A DNA stretch of 64,000 nucleotides from assembly GCA_004764695.1 (NCBI GenBank), contig SMSO01000035.1:3360040-3424039 (forward strand), read 5' to 3'. Position 1 is the stretch's first letter, and each line of letters opens with the position of its first letter. The notes below the pieces were generated by a model. That model had not been told where the DNA came from and did not search any database. It saw only the letters and a program-made list of their open reading frames with translations. Positions 10,901-22,397 of the stretch are shown piece by piece. The position numbers and the translations under genes were made by a program. The stretch comes from Schizochytrium sp. TIO01 (taxonomy: Eukaryota; Protista; Bigyra: Labyrinthulomycetes).

Positions 10901-12936
10901 ACAGGATCCACTGCTGCCTTGAATTCCTGCTCTTCTCTCATCTCCTTGCATGTCTCCTTAGTCTCTTCGGCATCCAAAACACCATCAGTGACAACCTTTT
11001 CAACCAGACTGGCCTTGTTTTCTTCAACCATCTCAGTGACATCATGGTCATTGGCTTCAGTCAGAGCTCCAGTCTTAACCAAACTATCAGTTTCTTCTTC
11101 ATCTACAACGCAGATAGTTTCCACTTCTTCGGAGGGCTGACCCTGCAGGGTTTCAATTTGGTCACAGCCTGTACTCTCAGAGGCTCCTTCGCTCTTGTTC
11201 TCACTACTTTCCTGCTCTTCTTCGAGACCTTCAAAGTCAGCAAGCGAGCCAAGATCCCCCTTTTGTACATAAGAGACAGTGTCAGCATCATCATCAACAC
11301 TGGCTTCCTCCAGAACAACGATCTTTCTCTTGCTTCGCTTTTTGGTACGAGCCTCTGACATGGCCTTTGCAGCCTTTTTCTCGGCATTTTCTTGCGCAAC
11401 GCAAGCAGCTTCTTCCGCACATTTGACTCCATGGAGACGAGTAGCGCGAATCTTTGAGGCATTTTGAGCGGCTGATGCTGCTTCTTCAGCACACTTCACG
11501 CCTGCACGCCGAGCAGCCCGAGTTGCGGCGGCATTTTTGGCTATAAGCGCTGCTTCTTTAGCGCATCCTGTGCCAGCACGACGGGTAGCACGTGCCATAG
11601 TGGCGGTTTGAGCTGCATCAGCTGCCTCTTGCGCACATTTGACTCCAATGTTGCGAGTCATACGAGCTTGAGCTGCAGATTGGGCTACATCAGCTGCTTC
11701 TTGCGCACATTTGACTCCAATGTTGCGTGTGATACGAGCTTGAGCTGCAGATTGGGCTACATCAGCTGCTTCTTGCGCACATTTGACTCCAATGTTGCGT
11801 GTGATACGAGCTTGAGCTGCAGATTGGGCTACATCAGCTGCTTCTTGCGCACATTTGACTCCAATGTTGCGTGTAATACGAGCTTGAGCTGCAGTCTGAG
11901 CTACATCAGCTGCTTCCTTGGCACACTCGATACCAGTACGGCGTGTGGAACAAACTTTGGCATCATTATCTAATTTGATAATCGCCTTTCTGGCTGCTTG
12001 TTGAGCTGCAGCTTGAACAACCTCGCGCTGCTGCGAGACCTTGGCTGCAGCTTTAGCCTCGGCCTCTTCAGTAAGACGGCGTGATCGCTCTTCTTGGCGT
12101 TTCTGCTCTCTCACGAATGAAAGTACTGCGCCTTTATCGGCGGCTTCTTGAATCACAATTTTGCTGAGGTTACGAAGTCGCGTCAGTTGCAAGGATTGCT
12201 GCGCAAGCTGTGCAGCAGAGAGCACTTTTGCCGGCTTTGGAGCCTCAGAGATGGTTGTTTCCTCCTTCTTGCTCTTGCGCTTACGCTGCTCCTTTGCTGG
12301 GGTGTCCTCGCTTATGTCCATAGCATGTTCTGGTTGGATGTTTACTTCCTTCTGCTCCTGCTGCTGCTTCTGCTGTGACTCCTCTTCATGCATGACCTTC
12401 TTCTTCTTCTTCTTGATAATGGAGGTTTCCTCAAATGCAGTACGCTTCTTTGTGGACTTAGACTCCTTTGAAGATTGCAAGGTGTTCGTTGCTTCTCTGA
12501 GACGGGACTTGGTCTTGCTCTTGTCAGGTTTGCCTGCACGAGGATCAACATTCTCGCCGTCGTGAACCTTCCACGTCTTGCTTGCAGTGGCAGTAACTGT
12601 GGAGGTTGATTTGGTGCGAGGTCTCCGACGTGAGCTCGAATGTGTTGATGACGCGGCAGCATCTTCATCCAACATGAAATCTGCGTCAAGGTCTGCAGGA
12701 GCCAGCTTGCGAAGCTCCTCAATGATGGCCATTGTCTTGAGATTGGCCTTGACGCCATGGACCTTGGCCAGAGCTTGGAGGTCCCTCCGGTTCATGTCTT
12801 CGAGACCTTGTAAGACATGCGTGGTGAGCATAGTGTCTTCAACCCTTGAGGCTATCCTCTTGGCTTGCGTAGACACACCTCCTGCGTTTTCGTTGCTGGC
12901 AACGTTAGTATCGCAGTATACAAGGAAGCTTGGCAT
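7981..12936 (-). CDS. Large acidic low-complexity protein with N-terminal SAP-like (NuSAP-type) motif and internal 24-aa tandem repeats
   Basis: LEDMNRRDLQALAKVHGVKANLKTMAIIEELR resembles a SAP-like helix-extension-helix motif; Lys-rich NLS-like runs; long Glu/Asp/Ser/Thr-rich region; basic C-terminus. First ATG at 12936. Confidence 0.75.
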   Translation of the reverse strand: MPSFLVYCDTNVASNENAGGVSTQAKRIASRVEDTMLTTHVLQGLEDMNRRDLQALAKVHGVKANLKTMAIIEELRKLAPADLDADFMLDEDAAASSTHSSSRRRPRTKSTSTVTATASKTWKVHDGENVDPRAGKPDKSKTKSRLREATNTLQSSKESKSTKKRTAFEETSIIKKKKKKVMHEEESQQKQQQEQKEVNIQPEHAMDISEDTPAKEQRKRKSKKEETTISEAPKPAKVLSAAQLAQQSLQLTRLRNLSKIVIQEAADKGAVLSFVREQKRQEERSRRLTEEAEAKAAAKVSQQREVVQAAAQQAARKAIIKLDNDAKVCSTRRTGIECAKEAADVAQTAAQARITRNIGVKCAQEAADVAQSAAQARITRNIGVKCAQEAADVAQSAAQARITRNIGVKCAQEAADVAQSAAQARMTRNIGVKCAQEAADAAQTATMARATRRAGTGCAKEAALIAKNAAATRAARRAGVKCAEEAASAAQNASKIRATRLHGVKCAEEAACVAQENAEKKAAKAMSEARTKKRSKRKIVVLEEASVDDDADTVSYVQKGDLGSLADFEGLEEEQESSENKSEGASESTGCDQIETLQGQPSEEVETICVVDEEETDSLVKTGALTEANDHDVTEMVEENKASLVEKVVTDGVLDAEETKETCKEMREEQEFKAAVDPVPGMKKDQIAIPASDSDEMQLDMGSTDIVLEGDESGVSSNQYEDAEATLSDTAIDAAKVTNEVNTKSETEQAIAGHDDSAMQDTTATAEDCGMELETGVPARNMGEVAKSSEEIEADLTTMKDAVIEDGENIEDSAMEVEPTESHMEETTDSQHNFVAVEVQHTAYNVNSQEGMQLEVEQHGPEETKQEESFLVEPVTTTTESQSSSETGSNTEKVNPALPEIVGSLVQDSQAEGEVKINGQDNQDTPLKTHDNPEVALKDCEAECDAMERDDESLADSHNADDDMQQNNDDAKEAERNIFCEIQLSQAQLRTESENAHADPAEAIVVKTSPEATSCEALAVNEAGTSATKEFLESEVVVESTEDLEIANTTKDALCSTTLTTEEKQTCVIIQTNDEAESIACGLEDKSGELEDNDGKNFVGEEKSETDEVAPGVNECYTESISAESKEISSDENVEQRVSSIARIPTIDEDFDNNSHVSLKDEVCEDPTPAGDNCQISNEIEEEDVQESTHEVVESITGLRQQDIQCTEVEVEDKNDVEKNLAEFVPSMETADEQRDNDASSADEILVPDCAKDESACSETVDQKDTVAMSSAKAEDVAPNPDEITSTLEKGMAEKSFTFPEPVQAETSSIENSLECTAITEPQSNTSIPSSIVENVDLESDSMEIDEVIHAPEELGETKGDRKNGDLDEKVQSETAGKAPEEESTSEIVLPKGAPKANDDDYVESSEDDSSHDELDEEYFAYLAGKDSKSKRRKSEAKVNLSTSVQSVVRAVAIDSSKIATVAETKVEDDADSSEDDSSYDGDHGEDSGDEVEGEVVTKTTYISPVKASSSSSSDATAADPTEKKLSTPARAAVSKAQEALDKQKELMAKLQSARNKRKREQSELYEEASAFEQAFRAKRRQSLDARIARERAVFEEALSANLFMEKENLIPGTKTRVGAFVKRQKKAEKARLRHQNQSKHGNGKHKHSRR
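11380..11945 (-). repeat. Coding 72-bp (24-aa) tandem repeat, ~4 near-identical plus ~4 diverged units
   Basis: Unit ARITRNIGVKCAQEAADVAQSAAQ; GACTCCAATG recurs at 11641, 11713, 11785 and 11857. Confidence 0.93.
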
Positions 12937-13690
12937 TGATTTGGGTTCTGCCTCCAAATACCAATCCCGGCCTGGCCGATCGCCCCCAACGTCAAAGCGT
13001 TACTTCTGCACCTCCTCAGGGCACCTTGGCCCCTCTGCACCAGCTTGCTTTAAAGTTTTGCACGTTTATGATCCCCCAGTCACTTCTTCAGTGGCGCTAG
13101 AAACACAACGCGATAGTTTGGCAGTTCTTGCAAGCTGCTTCACTGTAGTCCCTCAGTTCGCACCACAACGAATGAGCAGTCCAACCAAGTCAAGACAGCG
13201 CAGGCGAGCCAAGCCAGAAAACCTGCAACAGCACCCTCGCACTACGCAAGACCAACCACCGTGCGCTGGGGCGCCCCAGGAAGTCCTCGCTAACCTTTTC
13301 TCGTCTTGGAAATGCTCGCCAGGCCCACTTCTGCGCTTTATAGTTTCCCCATCCAAAACCGTTTTCCATTTGGCATTGATCTTCTTTTCTCCTTTTCCGC
13401 TTCAAAGACGCGCAGGCATAGGACTCAACTACGCCCCAATAGCAACCCAGTGTGCAACCGCCACAGGACGCATGAGCTGTGTCCCCAATTTTTTTTGTTA
13501 GAAGTCAGATATTGGAAACATTAGATAACTATGATGGGTGGTGCAGACTTTAGGGGACTTCGTAAAAGTGGGCTCTTTTAAAAGGGTGTGAGAAAGAGGA
13601 GAATAATGGAGAAGGATTTGTGAAATAAATCAAGTCTGGAAAGAGATGAATTGAGGAAAGGATTATGTAGTTTTCTTTGAAGGGATTAAC

Positions 13691-13749
13691 GAATGAATGA
13701 ATGAATGAATGAATGAATGAATGAATGAATGAATGAATGAATGAATGAA
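13691..13749. repeat. (GAAT)n microsatellite
   Basis: Read directly. Confidence 0.95.
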
Positions 13750-14696
13750 CGAATAAAGTACTAGTTCAACTTGCTGGTTTACCTGAGTACACTCGTTCTT
13801 ATTATCATAGAATCAGGTAGGTACCTAGGTATTATCGAAATGAGGATGAAGATTGGGCTGAGGCAGAGCGTCGTGAAGAATTTTCGGCGGTTGCACGGGC
13901 GTACAGTTTTGTATTTTGATTATTTTGACTTTTTTCCGCGCTTCGGTTTGGCTCATTTTGCAAGGGCTCAAGCTGGCTGGAGAGGGTGAATATGTGACAA
14001 AGTGAAACAAATGGACGAGACGAACTCAGCAGCGAGACCATTTGGTAAATGGCGCGTGCAGTGAATGTACTTAAGTAAATACAACAGAACAAGTACAGTG
14101 ATGATTAGACCCGGCTTTCTCATGAAATTTGAGGTGTACTAATCGGAAGCAATTGTAACGTTTGCAATTCCAGACTTGGCAACCGATTCAATCAACTCTC
14201 CCACAAGCTCACCTTCATTTTTAATCTTTAGATTAAAGTGCGAAACTAATTGAGAAAATTGAGTCCAAGATCATCAGAGACGCTGCTTGATCGAATTTGG
14301 GGTTTGTGATGTGGCCAATTCTCCTATTGCACTCGCCGTCATCAGAATCGACTAATACTTCGTCAAGACATCTCTGCACTGAACGTATAATTCAGATTTT
14401 CTAGCAGTGCTTATCTGTGCGTACACAATGAAAGAGCCTCACTGTGAGTCGAAAGCTAATCACTCTATATATACACTGACACAAGAGTGCCAAACCTCAA
14501 TACATATTTAAGTATAACTAACATAGTTTTCATGTTTAAAGCTTTTGAATCTGAACTCTCTTTCTTAGAGAAGCTACTACTTTCCAAATGTCTTTGTGAT
14601 ATTTTCAGGTCTCTCAGGTTACGGTTCACTGAGTCTTGTTCTTGGGGCATTCAAAAGTGATCTTTGCAAAGCAAAATTGTCTCCGCACACTGATAA

Positions 14697-15716
14697 TTAA
14701 TGAAGATTTGAAGATGAAGCCGTCGTTCCACCAATAACTAATGTAGAAGCATTGATGGAAGCTTTGGCTTGCATTTCTTGTAGTTTAACCAAGGTTGCTG
14801 AGTTGACCCTCTCGGTTACCCGGACTTTTTTGCTGTCTGAAGAAGGCGTCAAAAGTTTTTTGAAAAGAAGTAAACTAACAATAGTGTTTACCAACTGGTC
14901 AATTGAACCGAAGAAAAAAAATCCCAGTCGAAGATACTGATCATTAACATCTTCGAGTGACTGCCCTGGCCAGTCAGAAGTAATGCATAGAGAGCAGATC
15001 AAAGTTGTAAAGTTTCCTAACGAAGAGAGCAGGAGGTTGCGCCTTGCAAGATGCTTGAGTTTCGCTCTAGTACCAGACAGGTCTCCTCTTGCCTCTATGT
15101 TATTAGCTTGCAATATAACTGGGACAACGAATAAGAATGCAAAATTCAGTGAAACTGCTATGTACAGATATGAAAAAACAGCAATCACCAAAGGTGTGTA
15201 GGAAATACTACACTGGCGTATAGTAAACACTTGTTTGCCGCTAAAGATAAAAAGACAAATTATTCCTGATGGAGGTATTATCCACAGAGAGTAGAAGTTA
15301 ATGCGAAGTAAACGACCAAACCAGAGTGGCATATATCCTTCAACAGTTTTTGCCCTCTTTAATAGAATCTTCGTGCTAAACCCCATCGCCGCAGTGAAGA
15401 ATAATAGTCCACCTCGCGCAATAAAATCGCAAGCCTCCCAGGATGTTGGAATAAGTAGCAATATAAGCATCCAAAGTTGGATGCAAAGCATGAAAAATGT
15501 TTGCAAGAGCATATCACGTAATATTAACCTTTTTTTCATAATATTTGCCTCTCGCCAACGTGGGTAAAGCATCCTCCCGATGAATAGTAAGACAATCACT
15601 GCTACGGAGTTCATTGCAACGCTGGCCCATTTAGCTTTGATAAAGTTTGATGGTGGACCTAAGTCAGGAAAGAGAACAACATTGCTTTCTTCGTGCTTCG
15701 CTAATAATGCGCCCAT
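14697..15716 (-). CDS. Seven-transmembrane (GPCR-like) membrane protein
   Basis: 339 aa with about seven hydrophobic segments; Cys at the start of TM3 (EACDF) and in the TM4-5 loop (RQCS); basic third loop; Ser/Thr-rich C-terminal tail. Confidence 0.7.
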   Translation of the reverse strand: MGALLAKHEESNVVLFPDLGPPSNFIKAKWASVAMNSVAVIVLLFIGRMLYPRWREANIMKKRLILRDMLLQTFFMLCIQLWMLILLLIPTSWEACDFIARGGLLFFTAAMGFSTKILLKRAKTVEGYMPLWFGRLLRINFYSLWIIPPSGIICLFIFSGKQVFTIRQCSISYTPLVIAVFSYLYIAVSLNFAFLFVVPVILQANNIEARGDLSGTRAKLKHLARRNLLLSSLGNFTTLICSLCITSDWPGQSLEDVNDQYLRLGFFFFGSIDQLVNTIVSLLLFKKLLTPSSDSKKVRVTERVNSATLVKLQEMQAKASINASTLVIGGTTASSSNLH

Positions 15717-17466
15717 CGCAAAGCTCTGTTGTCATACTTTGACCCCAGACCACGAGAATAGATGTGGCCAAGCCCCAGATGTGCTATAGATTACTGCTGA
15801 CAATGCCCCCACTTCGTACAGTGTTTAGGTTTACGAATTGAAGTTTGTGGTTTTGCTGGACTGCTCCTACATTTTCATCAGCAGAATAGAGCAAAGGCAT
15901 AAATGAATTGCATTTCAGTAGTAACAAGACAGAAGAATCAACTCAGGTGTCTTATCAATCTTTTAACTTTTTCTTTATTAAACTTTTTTTTTCTCTCTTT
16001 CTAGCTATCAGACTTAAATACTGTAACTCCTGAAGAGTTCAGAAAATGTCTCCTGGTAGAATGGGGCAATTTTAACGGATTTTCTCAGCAAGCCTCTGTA
16101 TAGCAATTGAGTGAGTCAAACGTGGTATTCATCTATCGAATGTAGAAAGTACTGTAAACGTTGGCGCTACAGTCATTGAAAAACCCTGACCCTGCAAGTC
16201 TTTTGGACAAGCGTGTTTTCAGGTTGAGTGTAACAGGTAACAATAAACAACGGATCTCTTGAATGTAAGTGAGCGTACTCAGTGCATCTGCCAACATTCC
16301 AAGATCTTTGACCCGGCCACGATTTAGGAAGAGGTATGGGGGGTGCGGGAATGCGAATTTTCGGTGTAGCCTGATGTGATGGCTCATGATGATTTCTCTT
16401 GTGCATTTGTGATGGAATTAGGATTGTTGGTGTTATCCCTATACAATACACACTTGGGGAACCCTCCCACCTCCTTTCTTTCACTCTTTCTCTAGAGCTA
16501 GAGCGAAATTTATCGGAGCGTTTTTGGTAGATTGATTTCATGAAATACTTCCTCATGGCTCTCACAGCAACAACAACATCTTTGAAGCATTCTATGACGA
16601 GATAGTTTAGCTACCATCGTAAGAGACAAGTCAACGAAAAAGGACAATAATAAATTCTTGAAAATACAATGTTAGAAAACTTCCCAAAAAAGATTGGACG
16701 GCTCATACTATTCAAAACCTGAGGGGTGTAAATATTGTATCATGAACGACGATCGTTTTTCTCTATAGATCACTTTGTCCAGTCGGAAAAAATGCATCCT
16801 CAGCTCGTCCCGTCCCCACACACCCACCAAGTAGCGCTCATTCTTCGAAGGCCCCTTCCTACATAATTGTCTTGCAAATACAATATGATGAAGGGTTCGC
16901 TAAATAAATTCTATCCAAGCATGGCAGCTTTCTTGCAGGTTACTTAGTTCTTCTGGTCAGACTTTTTTTAATGGCGCCTTTCAGTTTAGCATTTTCAATA
17001 AGAGAAACGTCGCAAGGCTAAATTTACGCAGAATTTCTCAAACTATTCCTGGCAATGTTTCTGGAAGCCTATCTACTTTGCTTTGCAAGTAGCTCAACTT
17101 GAACCCACCCCCACATATACTATGGGAGAAGAGGTACAAGACTCAAAAACACATAACATACGTGGGGCTCTGGAAAGAATTTGAATATCAGTATGAGTGC
17201 TCTACTAATAAAAAACAGCACGAAAGCGCCGGCTTGGTGCTTGACACTACATGGGAAACTAGGATTTTCTAGCAAGCAATCAGAAGTAAAGGATTGACAA
17301 GAAAGGCAAAGGAGCAACTTGCACTGTTTCAAAGATGATGCGCAAAGTTGAAAGTTGACAATCTGACTCAAGACAATCACCAGAAAGTGCAAGGGAACTA
17401 AAATAGAAAGGAAAAGGAAAAGTGAGCAGAAGCAAACTACGAATAGAAGTCCAAACAGGTTTATGA

Positions 17467-18707
17467 TTAGGCACCAACACGGCGACCGCGGCGGCCGGTG
17501 GTCTTGGTGTGCTGGCCACGGACCTTGATGCCCCAGTAGTGGCTGTTGTTTCGTAATGTCCAGGTCAAAAGTTAGTATAGTCTGCTTTAAATTACCAAAT
17601 CTGATAGCATAGCTCATATCACTACTAATGCTACGTGAAAAGTCAATATATACGTACCGAATACCACGGTGGTTGCGCATCTTCTTCAGGCGCTCGATGT
17701 CCTCACGGAGCTTCTGCTCGAGCTGGTTAGCAACAACCTGGGAGTACTTGCCGGTCTTGTAGTCGTGCTGACGGTTAAGAAACCACTTGGGCACACGGAA
17801 GTGGAGGGGGTTGCTGATGAGGGCGACGAGGCGCTCGATCTCATCCGGCTTGAGCTCACCAGCGCGCTTGTCGAGGCTGATTTCTGCCTTCTTGCAGATC
17901 AAGTTGGCAAAGCGGCGGCCGATACCCTTGATGGAGGTAAGGGAGTGCATCACCTTGACGCGACCATCGATGTTGGTGTTACTGTATTTATCAACAAATC
18001 AAACAATTCACAAAGTCAGTATATCCAGAAATGCATAGAACACCTGAGTGACAACTTGCGAAATCTCAAGAGCATCCAGCCAACTTTCATTGCTAAGATA
18101 CCATTGAAATATCTTCATTGCCACTGCTTGCTGTACCGGAGGCCCATTTCTGAGAAGAAGAGAAGTAGATTAAGATAGCAATAAACGGAGTGAACATAAA
18201 TGGTGATACGAATGACTGGCGCTGACTCGAATCAGGATTCTGGAAGCCAACACAAGTGTAATACTCTGCAAGGAGATGAGCTGCCTGGGTCCCTTTAGAG
18301 CCAAACTCAGTGTGAGTCAGAGTTTGAGACCCATGGAACAAAAGCGCAAGAGAAGACTTCATAAAATATTGATCCTCTCTTGCCCACATAATCCTAGCTG
18401 AGGTGAGTGATGCCGGAGCGCCACACTCGGCAGCTCTGTTCACCTCTAGAGGCTCCTATGCACTATGTTCGTCCACGCCCAGCCTATTAAGCCACTCTGT
18501 CTCATCGAGCAGCTTGGCTTGGCTTAAGCGCTGTGCCCTGCCATACATATTCGCCATGGGGTCCATCCCCATGATGCCATCATCCACATCTCATCCACCA
18601 GAACAGACCGCGTAGCCAGCAAGCCCGCCGCGAGGGCCAACGTAGGAAAGCACGTACAGAATACGGAGGATGTGCTGGAAGTCGGAGCCCGCGATGAGAG
18701 CGCTCAT
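17467..18707 (-). CDS. RPS18: 40S ribosomal protein S18 (uS13), 3 exons (18707-18658, 17981-17658, 17542-17467)
   Basis: Spliced product [17 protein letters not shown]|[32 protein letters not shown]...[11 protein letters not shown]|[24 protein letters not shown]; GTACGT donors and CAG acceptors keep the frame. Confidence 0.97.
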
Positions 18708-19361
18708 GGTGCCGTCCGTATCGAAGTATCGACGTCAACTGTTTGTCTGCAGCGCTCCGTCTCTGCCGCCTCCAAAGTCCTCTCCGCTCCGCCGTTCCCC
18801 CCGTTCCCCGGTTTCTCCGGCGAATGGCCACGAGGAGGCTACCCTAACCCTAGTTTGATGGCTACTGACTGGTTATGCTAAACACTACAGTGAACAACTC
18901 AAATATGGTTGAAAATGGGTTGCGGTCACCGTGGCGGCTAATAAGGAGTCTGTGCTTTGCTTGTAGCGATTTAATTTAGTTTGGCTTACTTTGCTCTGGT
19001 TTCTTTCTCCTTTGCAATATTTGGAATTTTGGAATGTTGTGGCGATTTCGAGGTAGCATGATACTTGCCTGGGTTGATTCGGGTTGCAGCGCTCGTTAGG
19101 TTAGAGTGCACTAGGTTCTTTTGATTTAGTGACCGAGGTGCGAGGAATTCTTGCGTTGGTGTCATTCGCGTTGCATTCATTACCTTAAAACTCAACATTC
19201 ACTCACTCACTGCATTGTAGAAATCTTGAGATCGAGCGCATGAAAACCTGCGTTTATTCCAAGCCTAAAGTATGATGTGCATAAATTGCAGGAGAATGGA
19301 GCAACAAGCAAATGCCAGTCAAGCAGGTACATGAACATTGGCGTATCTTTGCAGAGCACAC

Positions 19362-19453
19362 GCATATCATTGCATATCATTGCATATCATCGCATATCAT
19401 TGCATATCATTGCATTCATTGCATTCATTGCATACCATTGCATTCATTGCATT
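19362..19453. repeat. (CATATCATTG)n/(CATTG)n simple repeat
   Basis: Read directly. Confidence 0.85.
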
Positions 19454-20243
19454 GTAAGCGTTGAGAGGAAATGAGAGACTTAGTCGCGGTGATAACAGTG
19501 CGTAGATCCAGATGGGTGGAGCCCCTGCTTTTCTCTTTGGGTGGAGCAAGGCGGGAGTACTAGGAGCCATTTATGCTATACTGTAGCAGTGACCAGGAGG
19601 GCGGCCGACGATTGGACATCACTGTCGCCTTACTGAGAAGGCATCGGTGGAAGGAGTAGGATAATTAGCAGCTTTGAGGTGCCGCAAGTTTAGATAAGAA
19701 AAGCTCTACAGGTGGAGTGTAGTCTGGGTAGGTAGAACAGATTGTAATAATAGTTGATGGTACACTGAGGGACTAGTTTTTGTTAATTAATTAAGGTTAC
19801 CTCGAGAGCTAGGCTCGAAAGGAAGTGCGGCGAGCACGGGGAAATTGTATGCAAATTTGGCCTCAACATGATTGAGAATGATGTGCAAATGTGCACGCAA
19901 GCGGCTGAAAGAAATATTTCGAAGACACATTTAATGGGAAGACAAAACGCGATGCATGATAATATATGTTTGAGTTCTTTCAAACATCTGAATGCGAAGC
20001 AGCCCTCGCAAGATAATACGCAGAAGAACTAGAAATGTACGGCGTACCGAATATGACATGTAACCAGTGGTAGATTTCTTGAAACAGAACGAGGTAGCTT
20101 CTATTGAATATTGAGAGTGCCTTTCTTGTCGACGTGAAAATCTAAGTTATCGTAAAATAGATTTATTCAAAATCCTCTTTGAAAATACAATGAAGGTGCT
20201 GAGACAGCACGTTCAATCCTTTTAAGACTCCTCTTGATTTCAA

Positions 20244-21557
20244 TTATCGAAATGCTGATTGAGGGCGTCGTTTTCGACTCGCCAATGAAGAAGAGCCACT
20301 GGATGGCCGCTTCGATTTGGCTTCCGGATTATAAGGTTTACGAAGTCCTAGCCCTGCTGACACAAAATGAGAGCCTCGAGGTTGCACTGCAGAGCGTGGT
20401 CGAACCCTTTCAGCAGCAGACAAGATTGTTGTAAACCTTGGGGAGATTGGCTCGAAATACCTTGGAAGTTGGGAAACATCTTCCGTGAGGGCATTATCCA
20501 CTTCTCGAGTTTCTGGGTATTCCAAAACTTTAATTCCTTTCTTTCCACCACCAAGAACATTGTAATGCAGTAGCTCCTGCTCTGTGGACACGCTATTGTG
20601 TTTTGATCTTGAAGTGACTCGGCTACGAGGTCGGCTCAGTCGCCTGAAGAACTCGACACGATCTTCTCCAAGATCCCGAGCTGGACTCACAGGCTGACGC
20701 TGTGATGGTGCTGTTTGTGGCCGCTTTGACGAACTTGCTGAAGCCATTTTCTTCGAGATAGGAGCTGCACTATCGGGCCGAGCTTTCCTTATTGATTGAG
20801 TGTCTTTAATACCTGATTTTTCGTGTGTGACACTTTGCGGCAATGATAGACCTCTTGTTTGTGTGCCAACTGATATACCTTCAACAGCTTGACGCCGACA
20901 CTCTTGAACAAAAGTCTGATTGGAGGCAGCCTTCCAGCACACCAAATCTTCTTTAAGTTGATGAATGGCCTCATTTTGTTTGATAATGGTTCGTTCGTCC
21001 TCAAGCTGGCGTCTTGCATATTCTTCAAGCTCTTGTGATGCACGCTTCTGCTCTGCAGTGAGCTTTTCCTCCGCCTCAAATCGACGTGACCGCTCAGCCA
21101 CCTCTACTTGGTTGGATATTTGAGCGTTAAGAATCAGATGCTCACATTCGTGCTGCGCATGTTCAAACCTATGTAAAAAGATGCCAGATTCGCGAAGGTC
21201 CTCGTGAAGCTTTACATTTTCTTTCTCAAGAATTTGTACGCGTGCTTGCGCAGCTGCGAGACCCGATCTTAAACGAATTAATAAAACATCAAGAGCACGA
21301 CGTTTTGTTTGGAAACTTGACTTCTCCTTGTCAACTGTATAAAGTGCTTGAGCCAAGGCCTCAAAGAGCGCCTCAAGACCCCCTGCCTCAAGAAATCTGT
21401 CTTTGTACAAGGGAAAGTTTTGCTTGTTCTTACGTTCACGTAGGATCGCAACCTTGTCCTTCAGTGTAGCGCGTTTGCTACGAAGTATTTCGATATCACC
21501 GTACGGGTCAATGCCTAAACTTTTGCGTAACTCATCATCACAAGCATGCTGCAACAT
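20244..21557 (-). CDS. Hypothetical coiled-coil protein with basic RPxSA-type C-terminal motifs
   Basis: 437-aa ORF; heptad-rich middle; repeated RPDSA, RPQTA, RPRSA, RPSS, RPQSA motifs. No domain recognised. Confidence 0.65.
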   Translation of the reverse strand: MLQHACDDELRKSLGIDPYGDIEILRSKRATLKDKVAILRERKNKQNFPLYKDRFLEAGGLEALFEALAQALYTVDKEKSSFQTKRRALDVLLIRLRSGLAAAQARVQILEKENVKLHEDLRESGIFLHRFEHAQHECEHLILNAQISNQVEVAERSRRFEAEEKLTAEQKRASQELEEYARRQLEDERTIIKQNEAIHQLKEDLVCWKAASNQTFVQECRRQAVEGISVGTQTRGLSLPQSVTHEKSGIKDTQSIRKARPDSAAPISKKMASASSSKRPQTAPSQRQPVSPARDLGEDRVEFFRRLSRPRSRVTSRSKHNSVSTEQELLHYNVLGGGKKGIKVLEYPETREVDNALTEDVSQLPRYFEPISPRFTTILSAAERVRPRSAVQPRGSHFVSAGLGLRKPYNPEAKSKRPSSGSSSLASRKRRPQSAFR

Positions 21558-22397
21558 TTCCCTCAGCTCAAATATCTCGCCTCTCCTACCAAAACTATTG
21601 ATACTCTACAACCATGCCGAATGATTCAAAACCTGGCCTTAGCGACGCTAGGATACAATTGTCTTGTCTCACTTTGTCCATGTGAAGAACTCAATCGATA
21701 AATAACAATAATGCAAATATAAATTTGGTTAAGATTGACCAAGTTCGGAGTACACACTTAATATCGTGCACGATAAGAGTTATAACGGCTAGTCAATAAA
21801 TATTTGGGCTCACAACGCTTGTACATCATGAGAGAGTAGGCTAGTATTCCTCAATTCTGAACTCTAAACAAGACTCTTGAGAATAGAGGCCTCTTATTTA
21901 CACGAATGGTCTTTGCCAGGAGGACAACGCGTGTGCACCATAAGTTAACCTTGTGAAATACGTGCAAAACATTTTAATCAAAGAAGGAATAAGAAAGAGG
22001 GAAATTGAGATATACTGGGTAAACGCTATTCTACATTGAACGCTGTTAAGCTATAAATCACACATAGCTAGTCACCGTGAATTCCAAGTTGCTTTGCTCT
22101 AGCCCAGTTAGTCATTGCGAGTGGCACGGTTTATTGGGGGAAACAGTGGCACCAAGGGCACACGGATCGCATTGAGGAGAAGAGGACACAAGCAGGCTCA
22201 CGAAAGGTCACGTAGGGCAGCAAGGGAGGTGACCAATAAGTAACTAAATACTTTAGAAGACGAAGGCTGTGACAGTACTCTGCTTAGCTCGCTCATGACT
22301 CCAACTCAATCTCCTTGACAACCTTTATTTTCTCACTAGTTTCTTCTCAGCCTGAATTGCGAAACAGGCTTAATTAACAAGTACTCCCGGCAGCGGA

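Noticed and set aside
12578-13501. 307-aa plus-strand ORF
   Set aside because: Partly the antisense shadow of the large minus-strand gene and its upstream region; no motif recognised.
17120-17953. 277-aa ORF as an RPS18 with a long hydrophobic tail
   Set aside because: Read-through of intron 2 and the 3' UTR; canonical splicing gives a normal RPS18 C-terminus.
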